A stretch of 64,000 nucleotides of DNA from Paramecium tetraurelia (lineage: Eukaryota), in the NCBI GenBank assembly GCA_000165425.1, contig CT868319.1:186001-250000 (forward strand). Reading direction: 5' to 3'. The translations under genes were made by a program, and so were the position numbers. Below the pieces are notes generated by a model. That model saw only the letters and a list, made by a program, of their open reading frames with translations. It did not search any database and was not told where the DNA came from. Positions 1 to 14,550 of this stretch are shown here, one piece after another. The first letter of the stretch is position 1. Each line of letters opens with the position of its first letter.

Positions 1-1483
1 TATTCCCAATTGCTACAAGTGTCATACTTACTTAACTTCTTTTTAAAATAGAATTCTGATATATATGCCAATGATCTGAGTTTGGGATCCCCCTCTAATA
101 CTTTGAAGCAGGTTGACAATTCTATAATTGATCTAATTATTATATTATTCAATTTCAAGTAGTTTACAGTATGCTTCAAATCATCCTTCAAACTCAACCC
201 AATTTTCAAAATTTCGACATTCTCCAACAACTAAGACACATCATTTTTGAATTCTTAAAATTCTTTGAGTTTTTAATAGTCAAACAAAAAAACATGATTA
301 GAAGTGGCAATCTAAACCAAACAGACTTTAAATCCTTAATAATCTAGCTTAGTCCAAGGTGTTATATGCTCACAGTCATAACCTATTGAATAACAATAAA
401 GAATACCAACAGCATTACTTTAGTTAATGCATTTCCATGCATCCAAGTAATTCTGATCAATCTTATCAACAATAACAATATGATTTTCAGGATAACCAAA
501 ATCCTTGCAATGTAAATAAACACCAATTTCATCGCTTATAAATTCTTCGGCAGGTTTGAATTCATCCTTTAAAAACAATACGTTTGGAATCTCTTCGAAT
601 TATCCCTTTAAATCCTTTTCCATTTCTTCCTTCAAATTGGGTTTCTTAATTTCATTTATTAAGTTATTTCGTTTTATAATAGAGAGGGCTTCATTTTTTT
701 TGCCATGAAAATATGCATCTTCACAGTAATACACCAATAATGATTTTGAGAACATTAACATTTCCTCACATTTAAACCAAGGGTATTCTGATTACAAATA
801 TCTTGTGCAACTCTTTTCAAGTCTCTCAACTATTTTTGGATAATTAGCTGGATTATAGTCTAATTTCATAATAAAATCAGCTGCTCTGCCAGCATCATGA
901 TTATTTCCCATTTACTCTATTAAAGTATCGAAACACTTCTAAGGTAATTGTAATGCTTAATAAAATTGAAAGGCATCCTAAAATTTCTTTTTATTTACGA
1001 AATCTTGAAAATGTTAAAACAAACTAAAAGTATATATATATATTGTACTTCTCATCAGTTATCTAAGCTTTTAATTCGAAAAGCTCGATGAATTCTTACA
1101 ACTCTTAAACCTATAAATTCTTCCAATTTTTTGCAATTCCAGAATTTGAAAGCTGTTTCAAATTCATTTAGTCTTTATTCTTTTTCAAATATTGAAATAA
1201 GACTCTGATGAACACTCTTTGAACATTGTTTTTGAGCAATTCTTCAAAGATCTTTTATAAATTAAACTCAAACTTCTCTTTATTGTTTTGGTCCAAAACC
1301 TTTTAAAATTAAGTGTTGATCAACTAATATTATGTTAGATTCGAATACATTGAAAGATGGTTTGTTTATTGCGATGTATTTCTTTAATTCTTCAAATCCA
1401 TCACATTCACCTATGACCTTTTACATGATGTGGATGAATTCTTCATCATAAAACACATCCTCTTCTTCGGCATTCTACTACAT
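1..1483 (-). CDS. DEDD 3'-5' exonuclease, EXD3/Mut-7/WRN-exo-like (3' end runs off the window)
   Basis: Table-6 translation MQQNAEEEDVFY...; ExoI motif IGYDCEH, then VCLVQIATSNHVFLFD and LSKYDTCSNWE; 25-nt introns near 1325-1349 and 1025-1049. Confidence 0.8.
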
Positions 1484-1604
1484 TGAATTAATTCTTTTTT
1501 AAAATAATAATAAATAAAACTGATTATGTTATGTAAAGTCTGAATAGAGAATATAATACAATTTGAAATTGTTTTAGATCTAAGTTTAGTGAATATAACT
1601 AAAT

Positions 1605-2564
1605 TCATTTTTATTTAGAGAATGTTGTGTTGATGGTAGAAAATAATAATCTACTGAGATTGGATATATTATTTTAGATTGTACCTACTATGTTGTATAT
1701 CAATTCAACAGTTGTTATCAAACTCTGATAGAGATTGGTTATTACAGCTATTACGATGGCTAAAGCATACATATACAATTGCAGCAATAGAATCACCCTG
1801 TAGCATTTGTTGTCATATGACCATGCATATTTTACATATAAACTATTGTAAGTGTAAATCCTTAAGAATAAATCTGAAATTAAAATAAAGGGCAACAACA
1901 TTAAACTTATTAACATTGCTAAAAATAATCCAAACATCAATTTTAATACTGAGATGCAAATCTTTTTAACTCGATTCTCTTATTAATTAAATTTGCTATT
2001 ACCACTTTCTTATATGGTTGTTTGAGTCTAATGTTTTATCTGATTTTTGTGATTCAAGTTCTTCTCCAGTCTTACCACAAACAAAATTATAATGAGATTG
2101 ATTTTCCATCTATTCATCGCCTCTGACTTCCAATTTAATATCTTCTTTTGTCTCACCTTAAACTCATAAGTCGGATTTCTGAATTTGATTCTTTTTTTTT
2201 GATATTCCACAGTCTCCAAACCCAACATGCCCTTCAAGGACTTTACAGGGTCTTCCTTCTCAACATGATCAGTAGTTGTTATTTCTATGAGCTTGTCGGA
2301 GTCCGTTATATTTTAGATAATAAGTCTGGGAGCCTTGAGTTCTCTCTAAGTATCAGTTTTCAACTCTTTTTTCTCGCAATTACTGTTAGAGGGCGAGAAA
2401 ATATTTGGTTCCTAGTATTTATTGTATTCATTGAACGTTTGTTTTATAGAATTTTCGACATAGGTATGACTGTTGTCGTCATTGATTTGGACCAACTTGG
2501 TGTTGTTAGGATCTCCGTCATCCCCTTTTAAGTTAGAGTACTCTCTATAAATAGGCTTATTCAT
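1605..2564 (-). CDS. Hypothetical membrane protein
   Basis: Open frame MNKPIYREYS...FSKQK-TGA once TAA/TAG are read as Gln; joins two ORF-track fragments; hydrophobic C-terminal segments. Confidence 0.7.
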
Positions 2565-2601
2565 TTTTAATATTTTTTGAAATAATTAGAATGCAGTAAA
2601 A

Positions 2602-3021
2602 TCAATAACTCATTATTTTTTTGGATTGCTTTATTATCTTCTTTATGTTTTAGATTTATTTCCATTTTTTCTTTATTCCCCATTAACCTTACTAATTTGA
2701 TCCTCTCTTTATTTTAACACATTTTGGAGTTCCTAAATTTTAGTGTCTTTTTCAACAATCTTATTCTACAATTCACCAATTCTGTAATTTAGCTCCTAAT
2801 TATTTACCTGCAAGGCTTGTAGAGCTTTCTCTTTTGATTAACCTACGGCTTTCTCTTACTCTAGTAGATCGTTTATAGTTTCAACTTCATCTTGCAATTC
2901 GGCATTTCTTGCTTCCAGATCAGATACTCGTAATCTTAACTAAAATATTGATTCGTAATACCTAATCGTTCTCTTAAAAAGAGATTTCCTGGATGTATTT
3001 GCATTGCTGATGAGGATCCAT
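2602..3021 (-). CDS. Small coiled-coil protein
   Basis: MDPHQQCKYIQEISFQENDQ|LRLRVSDLEARNAELQDEV...; one 22-nt intron; heptad pattern; TGA stop. Confidence 0.7.
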
Positions 3022-3198
3022 TAAGGAGAAAATTAAAATTAAATAACAAAATAGTCCTTGCTGAATTGTTATTTTAATTGATTGCAATAAAAAGTATTTA
3101 AATGTTTATCACAAACAAATACAATTAAATTAATCAATAATTTTATTGTCTATAATAAATTAAGTGAAAACTAATAATCAAAAAAGTCTTAAACAAAA

Positions 3199-5838
3199 TC
3201 ATAAATACTACTACACAATTCTATTTAGATCTTATAATTGAATAGGCTTGGTTATATAATCCTTCATTCCCGCATTGAGGCATTCCTATTTTTGTTCCAA
3301 ACTTTCATATGCAGAACATCCAATTATTTTAACATCGATTCCATACTTTTGAGACAATTCCAAGATCTTTTTGGTTGTCTAAATTCCATTTATTGTTGGC
3401 ATCTCCAAATCCATAAATATCAACTTATAATAATCCTAATTGGCTTGCCATTTCTTTGAGCATTTCTCAATAGCTAAATACCCATTTGTGGCTGAATCAA
3501 TATGATCTTATCCTCTTATAATAATTATCTTATATTACATTTATGCTAATCTCCTTTTCAGCATATCAATATTCATACAAACATCATCAACTATCATAAT
3601 CTAAGTAGTCATTATGGCTTTCGTTGATCGTTTAAAAATTGAAGCTTAATTATTCACATAAACTTTGTGAATGGATTCCTCCTGTTATTATTGCATTATG
3701 ATTGATTCCTCACTATCTTAATTTCGCTCTTCCATGCTATTCAATGATTTGATCTCATTTATGTCCTAATATTGAATCTGAAAATAAAATGTAGAGCCTA
3801 ATTTCAAAATACTAACATTTAAATACCTTTTTTATATTAAGATTTGAATTTTAATCCGTTTTGTAAGTCTTAATTCAAATTCTGTAAAATTTAATTACTA
3901 ATCAATAATCCTAATCCCACACCTGATTTATTCATTTTTTTATGTTCTTCACTATTCCCCTTTCCAAACGCTTAGAATATTCTTAATTAATCTTCTTCTG
4001 TCATCCCAATGCCAGTATCAACAACTGATATTTCCAATCTCAAATTCACTTAAGCCACCTTTATTGTCACTGAACCATCCTCAGTAAATTTAAAAGCATT
4101 CCCCAATAAATTTATCATAATTTATTTTAACCGACTAGGATCAGAACAGATGTATCTTGGAGCTTTGCTTTCATAATTGATATATAGTTTGATCTATTTC
4201 CTTTCTGCCATGACTTGAAATAAATCTACACAAGTTTCTAATAATTGATTAAAATTGAATTTGGCTTTGTTAATCTTGAATTTTCCAACCTTAATTTATG
4301 CCAAATCCAATAGATCATCACTTAAATTTTATAAATATTTTGCGTGATCTAATGCAATTTTAATTTGTTTGGCCATTTTAATAGGATTATTCTATTTTGT
4401 AGATCTACGTATATCTTTTTCCATAATCATAGTTTGGGATGAATATTTCTGATCATCATCCACTTCTTGTTCAAGCATATCGATTATGCAATTCAAAGGA
4501 GTTCTGTATTCATGACTAACAAAAGATAAGGTCTTTGATTTCTATTTACTATAGTCACGTAACTGATGAATGTAATCTCTATGAGTTATGTCCCTTATGA
4601 GCATCAAAATATAGGGGACATCCACGATTAAAGCATTATACAATTTGACTTCAATAGTTCTGTTCTTTTTTCCATCTTGTCCTTTTTAATAGCCCAAAAT
4701 TACTACATGTTCTTAAATCAATTAGTTTTGATTTTTCATATAGTTTTAAAAGTCTACTTTTCTCATTTAAGAGGAGATTAATCTCAGTTCCTATTCCAAA
4801 ATCTAAATAAATAACTTACATTACCGATTCTTCCAGAGTATCACATTTCCTCAAGATAACACCCTTGTATTCAATGTTGCTTAGTGCAGAATTTTATCGA
4901 AATAATTCCAACTTATGAGAACTCTATAACTTATTCGTTTAAGATCTCTTTTCATTTCGAGAGGCTTTGCTTATTAAATTACAAGGAATTGGAGTTTATT
5001 AAAAAGTAGAAAATGAGCTCATGGAATTCTTATAGTCATTTTATTGCTTCTGTTGATCCTCCTGTATAGACTGTTGCTCTAAACAAAACAAAGAGGATAG
5101 AATTTAATCAGATTATTCGGCCATTGATAATTTTAACAAATTTTCATTATGATACTCCAACTCTATCTTCTTGTCTGTTATTTTGATCAGCCCAATCCCT
5201 TAAGGAAATATGCTCAAGATTTCTAACCTATTGTCTCGCTCAATTGTTGGACTCTCATTATGACTGGGCTTCTCTTTAAATTTTAAACGGGAATGATTCT
5301 AAGTGTTGCCTACACTGTCAATCATAATCTTATCATTTATTTCTTATTATGTAGAGCTAATGGTGTGCTTTGTCACTAGCTTAGCTTTAGAAATATGAAA
5401 TAAAATTAACCAATGAACCATGATAGTTGTGGCTGATAAATACACTTAATTATAGTCTTCCAATAAGATTATTATAAATAGAAGGAGGTCAGATCCAATT
5501 TAATGGATTATTTAATATTTGTTAAGTGAAGGCAACTATGTATTTATTTTACATATAAAGAACTCCTTTAAACTACATAATGCTAATATTGACATTGCAT
5601 TAGATTTTGAGCTGATATATAAAGCAAACAGTAATGTCCATTGCTAAAACATTTCAAAATGGATTGAGTATTTCTAAGTTTGGGAAATGAAACCCATCAT
5701 TACACATAAAATCTAAATTCCTAGGATAATAATCGTTATAATAAGGGATCCATCTCCGAATATACTTTAAAACATTATCAAAAGTGTAATTATTATCATG
5801 ATCCAAGATTCCTTGAACACCCTTTCGTATTGATTCAT
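3199..5838 (-). CDS. Membrane-bound hybrid histidine kinase (TM-HisKA-HATPase_c-REC)
   Basis: H-box SFVSHEYRTPLNCII; N-box SDPSRLKQIMINLLGNAFKFT; G1 VDTGIGM; G2 SGVGLGL; receiver IMIVDD..FMDLEMPTING..CSAY..GMKDYITKPI; start codon approximate. Confidence 0.9.
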
Positions 5839-6522
5839 ACAAAATAATAAATAAATATATATTCAATAAATATTCACTGTAGTCCTCAAGCTTTAGTAAA
5901 ACCATCTCCTTAATTCGTTGATACAAAAACAATACCATGTTATAATCTTCATCCTCCATTAATGAGATTAAAATATATTATTCTTCTCTTATATTAATAA
6001 ACATAAATTTCAGTTTTTTCGTTGTCTTCTAATATTTGACATTGATGATCATTTATTGACAATTAATCAAATTTCAACGTCAATAATGATTAAAAGATCC
6101 AAATTGAATGATTATTGTCTATAGCAAATTTTACTATCCTTTACTTACCATATGATATACTAGAATAAATAAATAATATTAATGGCTAAATTAGTTGAAT
6201 TAAAAATTGTTTGACTTTTAAAAAATAATTATCAAAACCATATTTATTTATTATTTAATACTCATTTTACTAAAAATACAGGCTCATCGCTAATTCTGAA
6301 ACATCTTCCCATCATTCTGCTTTATTAGAATAAAATTTAAAGTAAATCTGAATTTATAACCTGCTCTTAAATTTATGATCCCCTTGAGTGGCAATTAATT
6401 TTATAAAAAAAATATATAGAAAATAATTCTTCCTTCTCTTTGAACATCTTAAAGAATTAAGAATTATCTCAAAAATTATAAATTAAATTTTAGAATAGCA
6501 AAATAAATCGATTAAAATTGTG

Positions 6523-7314
6523 ATGGATAAGAGATTCAAACATACCCTTGTGGCATTTAAAATATGTCCTTATTGTATGAAGGTACTTACAATAATGTGC
6601 CATAAAAATGTTAAATTTGAAATAAAGTTTATTGAAATGCATAATAAACCTGATTGGTTTACTAAAATTAGTCCTCTCGAAAAAGTACCTATTTTAATCA
6701 TAGGTGAAGAAGGTATTTTAAATTTTCATATTTAAAGTTGTTTTATTTGAGTCAGCTGCTATAATGGAATATATCGACGAGATTACACCACCAAAACTAA
6801 TGTCAGATGATCCAATACAAAAGGCTTTAGACAGAGCTAAGTTTGAGTATTCAAATGAGATCATTAAAAGCCTTTACTAATTCATCTTTTGTACAGAATA
6901 GGAAGTAAGTTCTTATTTAAATAAATAGAAATTTGTCAAACTCAAAGAATGGATTATAAATAGACTCAAGCAAATGGAGGAATGGCTTAAAGATAAGAAA
7001 TACCTAAATGGAAGCGAAATTTCTTTAGTTGATTTTAATTTTGTACCAGTGTTCGTAGTATTAAACATGCTGAAGCCCATTTTGCCTTGTGATATGTTGA
7101 AGGATTACAAGAGAGTATGAATGAGAAATAAAAATAGGTATAAAATTATGGGGATTCCTTAACATCCTTGCAATGTACAAAAACAGGTCGAGTTCCAGAC
7201 TATGAATTTTTGATGATCGACGGAATAAAAAATTAAAACACAGTATTATTTAGATCTAACCCATGTTATTTTAATGGTCCTAAGCCCTCACGTTGTTGTT
7301 TCTTTAGCAAATGA
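6523..7314 (+). CDS. Glutathione S-transferase (omega/Cys-GST-like)
   Basis: CPYC motif, KPDWFTKISPLEKVPIL, LFESAAIMEYIDE, SLVDFNFVP; three tiny introns (first at 6713-6737). Confidence 0.9.
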
Positions 7315-7469
7315 TAAATTTATTTTATTTTTTTCTTTTTAATTTTGTCAAGTTTAGAGATAAATTAATGGATATGATGATGTAATTAAAAATTTGAGCA
7401 TTTCTTAATTGTTTCTAATTAAAGAATGAAATAAAATAGTAAATAGTATTTGAATAATTTTATTTAATA

Positions 7470-8282
7470 ATGAAAAATAAAATAAAGTTTTTCTTTTCTC
7501 AATTGAAATTCAACCCAAACAAGAACTATTATCAAATTTTGAACTTAACAAATAAATCTACTTAGGAAGAAATCAAAACTGCTTATTATACCTTAGCAAA
7601 ACTATATCATCCAGATAAAAATCCTGATCAAATTGACAAATTTAAAGCCATAAATGAAGCATATGAGGTTTTAAAAAATCCATCAACTAAAAAAGATTAT
7701 GATGAATCATAAGTTAATCCTCAATAATTTTAGAAAAAACAATATGATCGATAATATCATTAACACTCAAGTATTAAATATTTCTAAATCAGCATATAGT
7801 TATTAATAGAGCGTAAATCATGAATAATTCAGAAGGATGTATGAGGAATACAAAAGATAGCAAACTCATTATGAATATTAATATCATTCAAAAGCATCTT
7901 ACGACAAAGATGATCCATTTAAGTAATACAAGAAATATACCTAAGAAGAATAATTTGTAAATATCCACAATTAAATTTATTTTAGGAACTTTATTCAGGT
8001 AGAGCAGCTACCATGAGATATTTAATGATTTTTATGTTGGGGATGGCTGGATATGTTTTTTTTGAGTTGTTTGGTTTGATAATGGAAAACAGATAAATTG
8101 TTGTTGTGGATCAGAACACTGGTCAATAATATGTAACTACGAAAGATGATTTCAGGAGAATATAATAAAAAACAAGAGAATAGATGGATTATGAGAGGAG
8201 AAGGGCAATTCTAAAATAAATTTAAGATGAGGAATTAAGAATGATGAGACAAAACTAATAGCAGACTGAATTCAAAAAATGA
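7470..8282 (+). CDS. DnaJ/J-domain protein with one TM segment
   Basis: NYYQILNL...[18 protein letters not shown]...[14 protein letters not shown] motif; [22 protein letters not shown]. Confidence 0.88.
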
Positions 8283-8329
8283 TTGTTGTTTTTATCAACT
8301 CTATTATATATACAGTAAATTCTATTGAA

Positions 8330-10227
8330 TCAAGCTTTTTCCTCTTGATGAATGCAACTCATATGTCTGCTTCTTAAGAATTTTCCTAATTCATCATCTA
8401 TTTGTTTAGTCAACTTAAAATTGATTGTCTTTTAACAGATTAAACTACTTTCATTATTCTCCATCTCATCTATGACTGTTCTATATGCCTTTTATAATAT
8501 CCATTTAATTTACCTCCTAAAGCGAAGTAAATAACTCTTCATTCGGAGTTTCTTCCTTATTTCTTATATAAGATTAGCGATTCTAATAGTCGAGTTCAAT
8601 TCTTGAAGGTACATTATTCTCTTAACTTAGAGTAATGATTGGCTTTGGAGTGAAATTAAAGAGAATTTATTGTGGTTTTTATAGTAAAACGGATTTCAAT
8701 TTTGAAATTTCTTATAATTGGTGAAGAATATTATGCAAATCCAATTCATTATTAATCTTCATCCTTTAAAATAGATGTATATAAAGTACATGGCTTTTGT
8801 AAAAAAGGATGAGTTAGTATTGTTGAAGAAATATCCACAACTCAATTCATTTATTAGAATCTTCAAATTTAATTTGATAGGTTGTGATCTTTCCACCAAT
8901 TTGTGAATGAATTATTTCCACTCTACTTTTTACAAGTCAGGATTAGGTTGATTATTTAAGATAATGTTCATTTCATCTGGCGGAGTTGTTATTACTCCTA
9001 GATTTTAATCAAACGCCCCTTTTCTAACATAGGATCGATTCGTGACTTCTTTAAAATCGTATAATCTATTTGATAACTCTATTAACATAGATGTTCTATT
9101 ATAAAATGCAATAAAGAATCCAAATATGACTTTAAAAATTTACATGAAACCTCCTAAATATGATAAGAGATCACCAAGCTTTTCATAATTTCTATCTATA
9201 ATTTCAGTAAAAGGACTTCTTCTCAAATAAATTGTTGCATATATACTATCAGTGTTTCTTCCTAATTCAGTTAGATCTCTAAAATCTTCGGCTTTCCTCA
9301 CAATTATTTCTTCCTTTTGAATATCTCTAATCATAAAGTTAATTAATTACTCATAAGGTAATAGACTCAAATCATTATTAATCACATATGATCTATAATA
9401 CACATTGGCTAGTCTTGATAGCTGATTTGGTACAAAGGAAAAGTACATATCACTATCTAAATACATAGTTTTATGGTCTTTAGCCTTTTACGGATTTACC
9501 ATTGTATTTATTTGAAAAACTTAAAGCTTAAATTACCCATTTGCTTATAAATATTGCGATTTTGCAGTTTCATTAGCGCAAATCGGATTCCAATAGGTGG
9601 AATTAGAGTTATTTTGGCAATCTGACACAATAATTTTAATAAATTTAAAGGTTTCACTAGAGTAAGTTCCTTACAACTCCAAAGAATAGTTGACCCTAAA
9701 TATATAATTCTTATACTTTGGACATAACCATTAATCCATGCCTAAGTAGTTAAAGGAATCATTAAAATTAGTATCAAAACCCTGATATTCAACGACATTA
9801 TTAAATCTATTCAAAGTACAAGGTTCTAGAGGTATCTGCGTTGTAGATTTTTTAATAGTTCCATCCAAAGACCTTTCATATATTCTAGATCAATAAATTC
9901 TTACCTCTATTCCATGGTTATATTAAAAAATGGAAAATTGGTGTAATTGTTCTAATCTATTGATAAAGCAAACATTGCATTTTCATCACTCATTTTCATA
10001 TAATTAGGATCATTTGAAAATGCTGTCTATGAATTGTAATAGACATTTGCTTTTGTAAAAAAGTCAGCAATGTTGGAATAGAAGATTAAACTCAACAAAC
10101 AAATAATCATAATTGAAGAACATCCGCCAAATGAAGTTGTATAATAAGCATTCTTATTCATATTAAGAGTGATAGTTTGGCCAAATATATCTATTCTTTA
10201 CAGTCCTTTTTGAATGGAATAGAGCAT
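8330..10227 (-). CDS. Ciliate 2-TM 'DIFG..TxxGG' family protein, DEG/ENaC-like topology (copy 1)
   Basis: RIDIFGQTITL..YTTSFGG + TM1; large loop with 4 Cys; YEKLGDLLSYLGGFMQIFKVIFG + TM2; several tiny introns. Confidence 0.8.
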
Positions 10228-10557
10228 CTTTATTTAATTATATTATTATTTAACATAATAATCTAGGAAAAATCCTAAATCGAAATTTTCTAAAAGTGCA
10301 AAAAAGATATTTCATACTCTTTGATTAGATCATCTTTCAAATATAGGATGATATATCGAATTTGATAGTTAAATTTAAGACTCTTTGTTAGGAAATATAA
10401 AAATTCTAAGACTACTAAATAAATTATTCAAATTTTATTTTGAATAATTTGGAGTTGAATAAAAAGTGTTGAATGAATATCATTAATGATATATTATAAT
10501 TATACATTATATATCAAGACAAAAATTCTCATTAAATAGAGTCTTTAATATGTTTTT

Positions 10558-12503
10558 TCATAATTCTGTTTCTTGATTTAAATTTGAATCTAATAATTTG
10601 AAAGCATTTCTTCTTTGTTGGAACGGTTGGATTAATTTCATAATATCCTATCCAATGAGCTGAGTTAACTTTAGATTTATATTCGTTTAACATAAGTTGG
10701 TAGGATTCTGGTTTATTTCGTTTAAGATATCTTTGTAAGCCTAGATATTGGAAATTGATTACTTATTATAACTTAGAAAACAGTTCTTCATTTATATATT
10801 CCTCTTCAGATTTCTAAATGTGAGATATTCTCTTGCTATCCTTAATACTGAGCCTGGAAGGAATAACCTAATCAATGCCTAAAGTGATGATAGGTTTAGG
10901 AGAAAAGTTAAATAAAATTACCTAGGATTTTCTTAATAAAACTTGTTTTAGTTTACTTATTTCATGTAATTAATAAAATATCGTGTGCAGATCCAATTCA
11001 TTGTTTATCTTTTCACTAAATTAATAAAATCAATAAATTTACATAGCTTTTTCTAAAAATTGAGAATTTTTATCTTTAAAACAAAATCCAAATGTTAATT
11101 GATTAATTAATAACTTAAAATTGAATTTAATAGGATCAGATTTTTAAACCAATTTACCTAAATAATCCTTCCACTCAATATTTGAGAGATCTTGATTTTG
11201 GTTTTATTAATTTCCATTTATTTAAAATACGTCAACAGGAGATGAGATATGTTCTATATATTAGAGAGTGTTAATCGTCTTTAATTTTTTGACATCCTTT
11301 TCATCTTTAAAATCATATAATTTGTTTGCCAACTCTATAAGCATTGAGGTTCTATTATAAAAGGCTATCAAAAACCCAAATAGAACTTTCATAATTTACA
11401 TAAATCCACCCAAGTAAGAAAGTAGTTCTCCTATCTTTTAGAACCTTCTACTTACTATTTCTGTAAAAGGACTTCTTCTTAAATATACAATTGCATAATT
11501 ATCATCTGTGTCTCTTCCTAATTCAGTTAAATCACGATAGTCTTCTGCTTTCCTCACTATAATTTCTTCTTTATCTATTTTTCTAGGCATATTATAAATT
11601 GTATTTACTCTAATGGTAATAAACTATTATCATTATTTATTATGACATTTCTATAAAATATATTAGCCAATCTAGCCAATTTATGGGGAACAAAGGGAAA
11701 ATACATGTCGCTATCAATAAAAATTGTTTTGTAATTTTCAGAATTTTACGGATTTATTACAGTATTAATTTAAATTATTTACAATTTAAATTGACTGTTT
11801 TCATTTAAGTAATTTTATCTATCCAAGTCAGAAGCACAAGTAGGATTCCACGAAATATTATTATTGATTATTTCAGAACTCTTACAGCTTTTTACAACGA
11901 TTTTTAAAAATTTAAAGACTTCGCTCGAATATGTTCCTTCAAGATGATAAGTAAAGTTTTCTCTTAAACCTTATAATTCTATGCAATTACATTGGGCATA
12001 ACATATTTCCAATTCCCTAGAAATTGAATTAAGTTGTGAAATCTATTCCTTCATCTGAAAAAATATTATTAAAACGATCTAATGTACATGGTTGTAAAGG
12101 AATTTCTATAGTTTATTTGTCTATTGTACCGTTTAAATTTCTAACATATATTCTAAGTATGCTTATTAAAATCTGATTACCTTTGTTCTAACGAAATATC
12201 AAAGTATGGAGTTATAGTAAAATTAGTTTAATCTATTGAAATCGCAATCATTGAATTCCTTTCATTCATTTCAATAAGTCCAGGATCATTTGAAAAAACA
12301 ACTTCGCTTCCATGGTAGATATTTTGTTTTTAAAAGAATGATATGATATTAGAAGAAAATATTAGACTTAAAAGGCATATTATTAGAATAGAAGAAATTC
12401 CTCCAAAAGATGTTGTATAAAGGTCATTTCTATTCATATTTAGGGTTATTGTTTGGCCAAATAGATCTAACTTTTATAAACCTTTTTTTAATGCAATTAA
12501 CAT
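10558..12503 (-). CDS. Ciliate 2-TM 'DIFG..TxxGG' family protein (copy 2, tandem paralog)
   Basis: KLDLFGQTITLNMN..YTTSFGG; FQKIGELLSYLGGFMQIMKVLFG; close similarity and shared intron sites with 8330-10227. Confidence 0.8.
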
Positions 12504-13040
12504 ATAATATAAATTATTTATGATAATCTACATATTAGAATTCATTTCTCTATTTTAGGATAAAATATATGCTTTACAGCTTTTATTTTAGATGAACCTT
12601 AAATGAGTGATAAGCATGAGCAAATTCAAATTAAAAATAATATTAAGGTCATTTTTAGTCACTAGTTTTTAGAATAAAATGCATAACAAAATAGAGAAAG
12701 ACTATTCATAGAAATTGTTTAATTTATCAAAGACAAATATCCCCAATATTAAAAAAATTTGAAAAAACAGAGCCTTTGTTTTAGTTAATTTTTAGTTCTA
12801 ATTCTATTAGAATATATTAATATGTGATAAATTTAAAAATTTAAATGTTAGTTAAAAGGAATGGATTAATTATTGATTGAGAACTATTCTTAAATCAAAA
12901 GTTGCTCAAGATTAATGGGCAATTTCATTCGTTATTATAAAACTTGAACTAATAGTTCTAGTAGCTGATTAGATGCAATCATTAAATTATAATATAATTA
13001 TTATTATTATTAAAAACAATAATAGAATTGTAGAAAAAGC

Positions 13041-14469
13041 ATGTAGGATAGTCAAAACCTTTTCGCCACAGATTCCACAATGGCTTGTGAATCGACCAAA
13101 ATATAACAGAATTACTCTCTATTTGGAATTATTCCTTCCACAATAACCTTAGAAAACAATAATTTATAAATGGTATATTTTAAATCCCTTTTGCCAATGA
13201 GAATAAAATTTTTAATTCGATATATGACATGCCTAAGTTTATGTAATTTTTAAATATATGAATAGAATTAACGGAAATTGCGAATAGAGAAATCCCAATC
13301 CAAGAAATTAATTTAAATACTTTAAAAACTGAACCAATTGAGAATTATTCTTATATATTTTTTTTATCAGAGTCTCCTCATCAGCAGCAAGATTTGAAAA
13401 ACTAATTTATAAACTTATGTATCTTGTTAATTTAATTTTAGTAAAATAGCTGGGCTTTAATGTTAATATTTATAGATATGCAAACAGCTTTTAAGATATC
13501 ACTTTCAATCTTATTAGAGAGGGTAAAGCTAAGTTCTAAGAATAAAAGAATTATGAAATTAATAATTATTTCAATCAGTTTCAAAATACTTTAAATTACT
13601 TAAAATAAGAAATAGATATCAACTTTTTATAATCCAAAAATACTAAATGTATTCTGTATCCAAAAAATAGTAGTTTGTTTCAAAATTCTTAAGTAAGCTT
13701 AATTACAAAGCCTTCTTATATAAATGGTTAAGACAATGAAATTGTGGTAAAATTATCCTAGATTAGATTGGATAATAATGATGATCATATAAGGGTAATT
13801 GAAATCTTGGAGAGTTTTTAGAAGGATATTAATTTATATTACTTTGGTTATTTTCAATTTTTCTCACTAAATATTTCTTTTTATAAATATTACAAGAAAA
13901 CCTTTGAATAATTTTAACAGAAACTAAGAGCTGACTTTACTGATGTTTAATTAATTAAACCCATTGTTAAAAGGGCATTTTTTAGCATAATCCATTAAAT
14001 AAGGTTACTTCACGATAAATATTCTATTATCCATAGAGATCTTAAGCCATAAAATATTATGATTGATTTAAAAAGAGATTAAAATGAATGGCAAGATTAT
14101 CAAGATGTTAACTATATAATCATAGATTTTGATTGCTCAATCTAGATTGTAAATCATAAACATTAGGTTTTTGAAACTTATGGAGGAGGAACAGGCCATT
14201 ATATTCCTCCTGAACGCAGAGATAATCAATATAGCAAATAATCTGATACATATTAATTAGGAGTTATCATTTTGGAAACCCTGTTTGAACTTGATTAATC
14301 AATTTAGAATGACGACTTTTGGAAAATGAAAAATGAATTAATTAAAAAAAAGAGCATATTTAATATAACTGAAAATCTTTAAATAAAACTCATTGATATG
14401 ATAGCTGAATTACCCTAAGATAGACCAAGTTTGGAAGTTATTTAATAATTATTAGAATAGGAATTTTGA
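13041..14469 (+). CDS. Divergent Ser/Thr protein kinase
   Basis: IIHRDLKPQNIMI, IIDFDCS (DFG->DFD), GTGHYIPPE, SDTYQLGVIILE, DRPSLE; two 23-nt introns. Confidence 0.82.
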
Positions 14470-14550
14470 CTTATAATAACTTTATTTCATTATTTAAATT
14501 GTGATTTAAATTCCTCTTAAAATTATAATATAAATCATCATTAGTTTTAA

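Noticed and set aside
1411..1608. ORF-track 65-aa ORF as the exonuclease start
   Set aside because: Wrong frame; it spans the upstream gene's stop and the intergenic region
5654..5959. ORF-track 101-aa ORF MEDEDYNM...
   Set aside because: Overlaps the His kinase in another frame; the TM-encoding frame begins at 5838 and I found no plausible tiny intron linking them
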